From the NCBI GenBank assembly GCA_045649045.1, contig JAZRPF010000012.1, positions 1,742-65,741 of the forward strand: a stretch of DNA of 64,000 bases, written 5' to 3'. Origin of the DNA: Eubacteriales bacterium (GTDB taxonomy: Bacteria > Bacillota > Clostridia > Oscillospirales > CAG-272). Below, one piece after another: positions 8,683 through 15,578 of this stretch. The notes under the pieces were generated by a model. That model did not search any database and was not told the origin of the DNA. It saw nothing but the letters and a program-made list of their open reading frames with translations. Within the stretch, counting starts at the first letter, position 1. Every line of letters starts with the position of its first letter. A program made the position numbers and the translations under genes.

Positions 8683-9332
8683 CAGGAGTCCTTCTGTCCG
8701 TCATGAATCAGAATCAGCTCGCGCGCATAGGGCAGAGAGCGAATCCAATCGCAAAGCTGATGCCATTCGGCGAGCTTGTGGTTTTTGCGTGCATCGTAAA
8801 TATGAATGAGCACCTCATAATTCAGTGTCACTGTCCGCATCTGCATATAAGAGGAAGGCAAAAGCTGAATGATGTTGTGCCAATGACTGCGGTCATTCGT
8901 CGCGACGAAGGCAAGCCTCTCCTCTTCAAGATAGGCAATCAGCGCATCAAGCTGTGCAAGTGCCGCGTCTGTCATACGGTCATGGCTGAAATCGTCGCGC
9001 GTAAAGGGCGACGCGTGAATTTTGTGCATGGTGCTTGTCGAATTGGCAACCGTGCCAACCTTGTAGGTGTCAAATTCCTTCCACCAGTAGAGAGGCGCCG
9101 TTATATCCACCGATACAAAAATCTGACGAAGGAATTTGCGGTGGTCACTGCCCGCGACTGCAAGCTTGCGCGCCAAACTCATGTCATTCTCGCCAAATGT
9201 AAAATTGCCGTCCTGCTCGGTTATACTATCCATGCGCGCCCAGCTGTTCATCGGATTGCGCGCGCCGCGGATGGCATTTTCAAAGTTCATCACGGCAGTA
9301 TTCGTTGTCTTTAACATTGCTTGACTACCCAT
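8682..9332 (-). CDS. ThyX-fold protein lacking the ThyX catalytic signature (ThyX-like pseudoenzyme?)
   Basis: Its core aligns by eye with ThyX, but the RHRxxSxxxxSxR motif is replaced by TYKVGTVANSTST. Its stop shares one base with the pth ATG (TGATG). The start is uncertain (9332, 9317 or 9290). Confidence 0.6.
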   Translation of the reverse strand: MGSQAMLKTTNTAVMNFENAIRGARNPMNSWARMDSITEQDGNFTFGENDMSLARKLAVAGSDHRKFLRQIFVSVDITAPLYWWKEFDTYKVGTVANSTSTMHKIHASPFTRDDFSHDRMTDAALAQLDALIAYLEEERLAFVATNDRSHWHNIIQLLPSSYMQMRTVTLNYEVLIHIYDARKNHKLAEWHQLCDWIRSLPYARELILIHDGQKDS

Positions 9333-9442
9333 CCTTTATACAGAGTCAAATTCTCTTTTCTCTATTATACTCTCTTTCATACAAAAAGTCAAGGAAAATC
9401 TATCCCTTTCAAAACAAGATACACGGCACCCTTTGCCACTCC

Positions 9443-9471
9443 TTGACAAATGTCGAATTTTGTGCTATAAT
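9443..9471 (+). promoter_or_regulatory. Sigma-A type promoter: TTGACA, 17 nt spacer, TGcTATAAT
   Basis: TTGACA lies at 9443-9448 and TATAAT at 9466-9471 with an extended -10 TG. It sits 50 nt upstream of the lipoprotein gene. Confidence 0.6.
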
Positions 9472-9521
9472 GCTACCCATAGAAAGACCACTCGCAAATC
9501 AAAAATTCAAGGAGAAAGAAA

Positions 9522-11447
9522 ATGAAAAGAAGTACCAAGTTTTTCGCATTTCTCATGGCGTGCCTCATGCTCGTGACCGCCTGCCTCACGGCGTGCAATG
9601 CCCCCGAGGATAAGCCCACAGAGCAGACGCCCACCAATCCTCCCGAAAATGCAGATACCTATAACATCATTTTCGCACTCGCAACCATTCCCCCCGTTCT
9701 CGCGGCTCTTGATGCTATTGATAACGGCTACGAAACCTACGCCATCATCGAGCGCGGCAAGACCTATAACGGCATTCAATATACCGATGAAAGCGGAGCC
9801 GTCGTCGAACGCATCGAAGGCTTCCACAACGCAGGCTTTGACCCGAACAACAATTTAAGCACAGGCTTCACCAAGACCGAGTTCGATGCCATGGTCGCCA
9901 AGGTCAAGGAATTGAATGACAAGAAGGGCGACGCCTTCTTCAACTTCTATTTGCAGGACGGTACCGCCCTGCTCGGTGCGGCAATTGCCGCCAATGCAGG
10001 CCTCACGACCGAGCAGTTCCATGTCTATATGTGCGAGGACGGCACAGGTGCCTATACCGCCCTCAATAATGTCTATGTCAAGAACAAAACCGTCAATGCC
10101 GATAAGGACGAGGTTTATGAAACCTATCAGGCAAAGGCAGAGTCGGCAAAGGCTGAATTTGAAGCTGTCATGGCGAAAAATGACAATAAGCACACCGATT
10201 CTCCCTTCCACTATAATATCGGTAAGGCATACGCCCTCGCCTCTCTCCCCAACTTCACCTATTATATTCAGGACGAGGCAACCGTCATCAGCATCCTTGA
10301 AAGCACGGGCGACACCAAAACCAAGCTTCTCTCCGCTTTTGGCGCAGAGGGCTATAACGCCAATGTCAACTGCAAGCTCAACCTGAAATATCAGAAGATT
10401 TCAGCCGCCGTCGATAAATTGACCGCAGAGGAAAAGGAAAACTATCTCACCTTGATGTACGGTCAGTATTTCGAGGACACCTATGCCGCACTCACCAGAA
10501 CCGAAAGAGCAGACGAGACGGCTCCCGCACAGAAGCTCGTCTATATCGGCACAAGACACAGCGACTATCCCAAGCTCGCATCGGGTGCCGCTTACGGCAT
10601 CGGCGGTCTTGCCGCTGGTTCAACGCTTCCCGCCACCTATGCAGAGCTTGATTCCAAGTATAAAACCCCGCTTCTCTTCGAAAATGAGGCTGACTATCTC
10701 GCCTTCCTTGATGTCCTCGCAGATGAAGAAAATTATACAGAAGCACTTGACGCTGCCGCAAAGGAAAAGGTCAAGGTCGCTTGCTTCAATCTCTATATCG
10801 ACTATATTTTCAATCTCAAACTGACCTATTTGCTCTACGGCGCAGATTACGACATCATCATGAAGGGACATCCCCGTGAGGTTATTGGCGAATATACCCA
10901 GTGGGGTAATCGCTATAAGGTCGAATACGGCACAGAGGACAATAAGTCCACCTACTGCTACGACAAATTGCTTGATAATGCCCTGCTCGCCTTCCACAAA
11001 AACGATAGCGTCGGCAAATTCATCGGTATGGTTCCCTACGGCACCGCTGCAGAAAACCTCGCCTACCTCGGCGCCAATATCTCCTTGACAGGTCTTCCCT
11101 CCTCCACCTATCAGGGCTATGATACCTCGGTCGATGTCCTCTCCATCTTCGAACTCTCCAATCAGGATATCGCAGGCACAGGCAGCGCAACCGCCGATTC
11201 CCAGGTTGCTGAAAGATACGGAAAGGGCGACCTAATCTATACCGACAAGGACGGGAATAAGCAGACAACCAAGTTCTATAACCTCGGCAATATGTATAAG
11301 GCGATTATTGAGCTTTATACAGAAAATGGAGATGCCACCTCCGCCGCAACCTATGAAGCTCTCTTTGCATCATGGCTCGCCGCAAACCACCCGGGTGCGA
11401 CCGACATCGACGCACAGGGCTTCCCCGTCATCCCCTCGGCTGAATAA
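9522..11447 (+). CDS. Exported lipoprotein, GT80 (PmST1-type) sialyltransferase-like
   Basis: It has a signal peptide with a lipobox (LMLVTACLTAC). The motifs YMCEDGTGAY, YLTLMYG, LVYIGTRH, IMKGHPRE and VPYGTAAENL...GLPSSTY are colinear with the PmST1 catalytic landmarks. Confidence 0.65.
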   Translation: MKRSTKFFAFLMACLMLVTACLTACNAPEDKPTEQTPTNPPENADTYNIIFALATIPPVLAALDAIDNGYETYAIIERGKTYNGIQYTDESGAVVERIEGFHNAGFDPNNNLSTGFTKTEFDAMVAKVKELNDKKGDAFFNFYLQDGTALLGAAIAANAGLTTEQFHVYMCEDGTGAYTALNNVYVKNKTVNADKDEVYETYQAKAESAKAEFEAVMAKNDNKHTDSPFHYNIGKAYALASLPNFTYYIQDEATVISILESTGDTKTKLLSAFGAEGYNANVNCKLNLKYQKISAAVDKLTAEEKENYLTLMYGQYFEDTYAALTRTERADETAPAQKLVYIGTRHSDYPKLASGAAYGIGGLAAGSTLPATYAELDSKYKTPLLFENEADYLAFLDVLADEENYTEALDAAAKEKVKVACFNLYIDYIFNLKLTYLLYGADYDIIMKGHPREVIGEYTQWGNRYKVEYGTEDNKSTYCYDKLLDNALLAFHKNDSVGKFIGMVPYGTAAENLAYLGANISLTGLPSSTYQGYDTSVDVLSIFELSNQDIAGTGSATADSQVAERYGKGDLIYTDKDGNKQTTKFYNLGNMYKAIIELYTENGDATSAATYEALFASWLAANHPGATDIDAQGFPVIPSAE

Positions 11448-11457
11448 AACAAAAGAC

Positions 11458-11490
11458 AAGGCGTTGCTTTACGGCAACGCCTTTCCTTTT
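11458..11490 (+). terminator. Intrinsic terminator after the GT80-like gene
   Basis: The hairpin AAGGCGTTGC-tttacg-GCAACGCCTT is followed by a T-rich tract. Confidence 0.6.
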
Positions 11491-11501
11491 CCAATCAGCC
11501 C

Positions 11502-11530
11502 TTGACAAACGCACTTCCATCTGCTATAAT
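11502..11530 (+). promoter_or_regulatory. Sigma-A type promoter: TTGACA, 17 nt spacer, TGcTATAAT
   Basis: TTGACA lies at 11502-11507 and TATAAT at 11525-11530 with an extended -10 TG. Confidence 0.55.
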
Positions 11531-11577
11531 AAGATGTTGAATTCATTTTGTTTGCAAAGACAGGAAAAGAGGCTTCA

Positions 11578-12399
11578 ATGAAGGATAAAATTTCTCTTGC
11601 AGGCGACCTCGGAAGCGGCAAAAGCACCGTCTCCCGCATTCTGACAGACCTGCTCGGACTTGAATATTTTTCGACGGGCGCGATTGCACGCGCCATTGCC
11701 GCCGAGCGCGGTATGACGGTTGTCGAGCTGAATGAATATATGGAAAAGCATCCCGAAATGGACCGCGAGATTGACGACCGCCTGGTCGCCCTCTCGGACG
11801 ATCCGCGCGGACTCATCATTGACTCGCGCATGGCATTTCACTTCGTGCGCGATACCTTCCGCGTCTATTTCACAACCGATATCGAAACAAGCGCCGCGCG
11901 CATCATGGGCGACCATCGCGCCGAGGAAAGCTTTGCCACACTTGAAGAAACTGCCATGAATATCCGTCGCCGCAAGGCAAGCGAGCGCAAGCGTTATGGC
12001 GACTTCTACGGTGTCGACTGCAAGGATCTTCGCAACTATTCGCTCATTGTCGATACCACCTATGCAACCCCCGCACAAATTGCCGAGAAAACCGCCGAAT
12101 GCTTTGCCCTCTGGCAGAAAAACCGCGACTACCGCGCCTGCTTCCTCTCGCCCTGCCGCCCCCTCTACCCCGAGGAAATTGATATGGAAAAGGCATCTGC
12201 TCTCGCTTCAAAAATCGAAGCAGGCGAGGCGCTTAACCCTGTCGGCGTCTATGAAGAGGACGGCACCTTCTATATCGCAAAAGAGGACGCGGAGGCGGCA
12301 CTCGCCTACTCACTCACAAGCGAGACCTTCATTCCCTGCCGCCTGCTTGAAGGCAAAAAGCCCGATGGCGACTATGTGCCGATGGCAAACTCACTCTGA
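11578..12399 (+). CDS. Archaeal-type (d)CMP kinase-like protein with a C-terminal ParB/Srx-like extension
   Basis: An AAAGAGG RBS precedes ATG 11578. It has the P-loop GDLGSGKST and a pattern matching short cytidylate kinase family 2 proteins (...ERKRYGDFYGVDCKDLRNYSLIVDT). An extra tail of about 95 aa follows. Confidence 0.65.
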   Translation: MKDKISLAGDLGSGKSTVSRILTDLLGLEYFSTGAIARAIAAERGMTVVELNEYMEKHPEMDREIDDRLVALSDDPRGLIIDSRMAFHFVRDTFRVYFTTDIETSAARIMGDHRAEESFATLEETAMNIRRRKASERKRYGDFYGVDCKDLRNYSLIVDTTYATPAQIAEKTAECFALWQKNRDYRACFLSPCRPLYPEEIDMEKASALASKIEAGEALNPVGVYEEDGTFYIAKEDAEAALAYSLTSETFIPCRLLEGKKPDGDYVPMANSL

Positions 12400-12419
12400 T
12401 TCATAACTGAAAGGATAGA

Positions 12420-14147
12420 TTGCATACCATGCTGAAATTCAAAATGCAAGCCGCCACCCTCATCGAAGAAGCGGTCAGGGCAAGCTTCCCCGATGCCGCC
12501 CTCACCAAAGAGGGAATCGGCGAAATGCTCGAATATCCGCCCGACGCCTCAATGGGCGATTTGGCACTGCCCTGCTTCAAGCTCAGCCGCACTCTGCGCT
12601 CCGCACCCGTCAAAATTGCCGATACGCTGGCAAACGCCCTGCAATCACCGCTTTTCTCGCGTGTGCAGGCAGTCAACGGCTACCTCAACTTTTCTTTGAA
12701 TGCCACAACCTTCGTCGCGCGCGTCCTCGCGGATATTGACGAGGCAGGCGAGCTTTACGGCTCCCCGAAAAGCGGCGGCGGCAAAACCGTCGTGCTCGAC
12801 TATTCATCCCCCAATGTCGCCAAGCCCTTCCACATCGGGCATCTCGGCACAACCGTCATCGGTCATTCCCTGAAGCTTTTGCACGAGTTTGCAGGCTACA
12901 AATGTGTCGGCATCAACCACCTCGGTGACTGGGGTACACAGTTCGGTAAGCTCATCGTTGCCTATCGCCTCTGGGGCTCAAAGCAAGCCGTTGAGGAGGG
13001 CGAAATTGACGAGCTGGTACGGCTCTATGTCCGCTTTCACAGCGAAGCCGAGCAGGACGAATCCTTAAATGACCGCGCACGCGCCGAATTTGCAAAGCTT
13101 GAAGCGCATGACGAGGAAAACCTCGCGCTCTGGCGCTGGTTCGTCGAAATCAGCCTGCGCGAATATAAGAAAACCTACCGCCTGCTCGATATTGAATTTG
13201 ACAGCTATTGCGGCGAGAGCTTCTATACTGACAAAATGCCCGCCGAAATTGCGCGTATGCGTGAAAAGAATCTGCTTCAGATTGATGACGGTGCCTCTGT
13301 TGTCAATTTGGAGGAATGGAATATGCCACCCTGCCTGATTCTCAAGCGCGACGGCTCGACGCTCTACCCGACACGCGACATTTCCGCCGCTGTCTATCGC
13401 AAAAATACCTACGATTTTGAAAAATGCATCTATGTCACAAGTGCAGGTCAGTCGCTCCACTTCGCCCAATGGTTCAAGGTGCTTGAATTGATGGGCGACG
13501 AATGGTCGCACGACCTTGTTCATGTCCCCTACGGCACGGTCAGCATCAACGGCGAAAAGCTCGCCACACGCACAGGTAATGTTGTACTGCTCAAGGACCT
13601 CTTTGCACAGGCAATTGAAAAGGCACGCGCCATCACCGAGGAGAAGAACCCCGCCCTGCGTGGCAGAGAGGATGTCGCCGAGGCTGTGGGCGTCGGCGCG
13701 ATTGTGTTCCACTACCTCTCCAATAACCGTATGCGCGACATCAACTTCATTTTGGAGGATGCCCTCTCCTTTGACGGCAATACAGGCCCCTACGCGCAGT
13801 ACACCTACGCGCGTACCTGCAGTATTCTTGAAAAGGCGGCATCGCTCCCCTCTCTGAACACCCCCGTCCCCGACAGTGTGGCGGATGACGAGCTTGCGCT
13901 TGTCAAGACACTTGCCCTCTTCCCCGAGCGCGTCAAGGCAGCCATTGCGGAATACGAGCCCTCCCTCATTACCCGCTATATTCTCGACCTCTGTGCCGCC
14001 TTCACCCGCTTCTACCACAACTGCCAGATTCTCTCGGCAGAGGATGAAGCACTGCGTGCCTTCCGCGTAGCCCTGACTTTCGCCACCAACCGCGTGCTCG
14101 GCCGCGCCCTCTCGCTCATCTGCATGAAAAAGCCCGAAAAGATTTAA
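12420..14147 (+). CDS. argS: Arginyl-tRNA synthetase
   Basis: It has the class I HIGH motif (PFHIGHLG) and an ArgRS anticodon-binding C-terminus. The start is TTG 12420 or ATG 12429. Confidence 0.95.
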   Translation: MHTMLKFKMQAATLIEEAVRASFPDAALTKEGIGEMLEYPPDASMGDLALPCFKLSRTLRSAPVKIADTLANALQSPLFSRVQAVNGYLNFSLNATTFVARVLADIDEAGELYGSPKSGGGKTVVLDYSSPNVAKPFHIGHLGTTVIGHSLKLLHEFAGYKCVGINHLGDWGTQFGKLIVAYRLWGSKQAVEEGEIDELVRLYVRFHSEAEQDESLNDRARAEFAKLEAHDEENLALWRWFVEISLREYKKTYRLLDIEFDSYCGESFYTDKMPAEIARMREKNLLQIDDGASVVNLEEWNMPPCLILKRDGSTLYPTRDISAAVYRKNTYDFEKCIYVTSAGQSLHFAQWFKVLELMGDEWSHDLVHVPYGTVSINGEKLATRTGNVVLLKDLFAQAIEKARAITEEKNPALRGREDVAEAVGVGAIVFHYLSNNRMRDINFILEDALSFDGNTGPYAQYTYARTCSILEKAASLPSLNTPVPDSVADDELALVKTLALFPERVKAAIAEYEPSLITRYILDLCAAFTRFYHNCQILSAEDEALRAFRVALTFATNRVLGRALSLICMKKPEKI

Positions 14148-14171
14148 GTATAGAAAGCAAGGAGAACCACC

Positions 14172-14900
14172 ATGTCCGGACATAGCAAATGGAACAATAT
14201 CAAGCATAAAAAAGAAAAAACCGATGCACAAAGAGCCAAGGTCTTTACCAAAATCGGTAAGGAAATGGCAATTGCCATCCGTGCAGGCGGCCCCGACCCG
14301 AGCATCAACAGCAAGCTCCGTGACCTGATTTCCAAGGCAAAATCCCTCAATGTCCCGAACGATAATATCGACCGCGTCATCAAGAAGTTTTCTGCCAACA
14401 ACGACATCGTCTACGAGGAAATCACCTATGAGGGCTACGGCCCGTCAGGCGTTGCCGTCATTGTGGAAACCGCCACCGATAACCGCAACAGAACAGCAGG
14501 CAATATTCGCTCGTACTTCTCCAAGTACCACGGCAATATGGGACAGAGTGGCTGTGTCTCCTTCATGTTTGAGGAAAAGGGCGTTATCTATGTGACCGAC
14601 GGCGACAGCATCATCGACGAGGATGCACTCATGGATGCCGCACTCGAAGCAGGCGCCGCCGATGTCATCTCCGAGGAGGAGGGTTGCTTTGAGGTCTATA
14701 CCGAGCCCTCTGACCTTGAAGCCGTCCGCGACGCACTCACCGCCAAAGGCTTCCCCATCGACTCCGCAGAGGTCGAAAAAATCCCCTCCACCTATACAAC
14801 ACTCACATCCGAGGACGATATCAAGATGATGGAGCTTCTCCTTGAAAAGCTTGACGACGATGACGATGTGCAGAATGTCTATCACAACTGGGAAAACTGA
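14172..14900 (+). CDS. YebC/PmpR-family DNA-binding transcriptional regulator
   Basis: The N-terminus MSGHSKWNNIKHKKEKTDAQRAKVFTKIGKE is diagnostic. An AAGGAG RBS is present. Confidence 0.95.
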   Translation: MSGHSKWNNIKHKKEKTDAQRAKVFTKIGKEMAIAIRAGGPDPSINSKLRDLISKAKSLNVPNDNIDRVIKKFSANNDIVYEEITYEGYGPSGVAVIVETATDNRNRTAGNIRSYFSKYHGNMGQSGCVSFMFEEKGVIYVTDGDSIIDEDALMDAALEAGAADVISEEEGCFEVYTEPSDLEAVRDALTAKGFPIDSAEVEKIPSTYTTLTSEDDIKMMELLLEKLDDDDDVQNVYHNWEN

Positions 14901-14915
14901 TTCTTATGAAAAGAA

Positions 14916-14948
14916 GCCCTTGGCTGCTATGTAGCCAAGGGCTTTTTT
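14916..14948. terminator. Bidirectional intrinsic terminator
   Basis: The hairpin GCCCTTGGCT-gctatgt-AGCCAAGGGC is followed by TTTTTT and preceded by an A-rich tract. It lies between convergent genes. Confidence 0.7.
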
Positions 14949-15020
14949 CATAAGAGACACCGTTCAAAAAAACGGTGCCTATTTTTTCGCTTATGCCTGA
15001 ATGCGACGACCTCTTTTTCG

Positions 15021-15578
15021 TCATTTGAGCGGCGGCTCGGATAGCAGCCGCCTCCTCTCCAAATGGTCAGGCAAGACCGCCGCCACCGCGCGATGAAAGT
15101 CAGGGCCGTGATTCTTGTGCTTGATATGCGCAAGCTCATGCACCACCACATAATCAATGGCTTTTTCGGGATAGCGCATGAGGTATAGGGAAAAGCAAAG
15201 CCTGTTCTTCGGACTGCAGCTGCCAAACCGCGTTTTCGCCGCCGTGATGCGTACACCGCAGGGTGTCACCCCCATCACGCGCGCATACTTGGCAACCCTT
15301 ATCGGCAGAAGCTGCTCGGCTTTCTCTCGCAAAGTGCGGATTCCTTCGTCTGTCGGCTCGGCGACCGAGTGCCGCCACTCGAAGCGCGCCATCGCCCTCG
15401 CAAGCCACGCCCGATGGCTCTCGACGAACTCCGCAATCACATCTGCATGCACACGGAGGGGCGCGCGCACAAGCGGCCGTCCCTCGCGGTCAAGTGTCAG
15501 GGCAAGCGTCCGCCGCCCGCTTCGGATAACCGTATAGCCCGCGTGCTTTTCAGTCAATGCCACACCCTTCTTCATCAT
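15021..15578 (-). CDS. YgjP-like (DUF45/M48-related) zinc metallohydrolase
   Basis: It has the HELAHIKHKNHGPDFH zinc-binding motif near the C-terminus and a YgjP-like N-terminal region. Confidence 0.85.
   Translation of the reverse strand: MMKKGVALTEKHAGYTVIRSGRRTLALTLDREGRPLVRAPLRVHADVIAEFVESHRAWLARAMARFEWRHSVAEPTDEGIRTLREKAEQLLPIRVAKYARVMGVTPCGVRITAAKTRFGSCSPKNRLCFSLYLMRYPEKAIDYVVVHELAHIKHKNHGPDFHRAVAAVLPDHLERRRLLSEPPLK

Noticed and set aside
8652-9314. A 220-aa plus-strand ORF opposite the ThyX-like gene
   Set aside because: The minus-strand frame aligns with ThyX and is translationally coupled to pth. The plus-strand translation is Cys/His/Arg-rich with no similarity I recognise.
12400-12419. 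Expected a T-box leader upstream of argS
   Set aside because: Only about 20 nt separate argS from the upstream gene, so there is no room for a T-box. argS appears to be co-transcribed with the CMP-kinase-like gene.
13065-14231. A 388-aa minus-strand ORF opposite argS
   Set aside because: It is antisense to a clear ArgRS. It has no RBS and its composition looks like nonsense.
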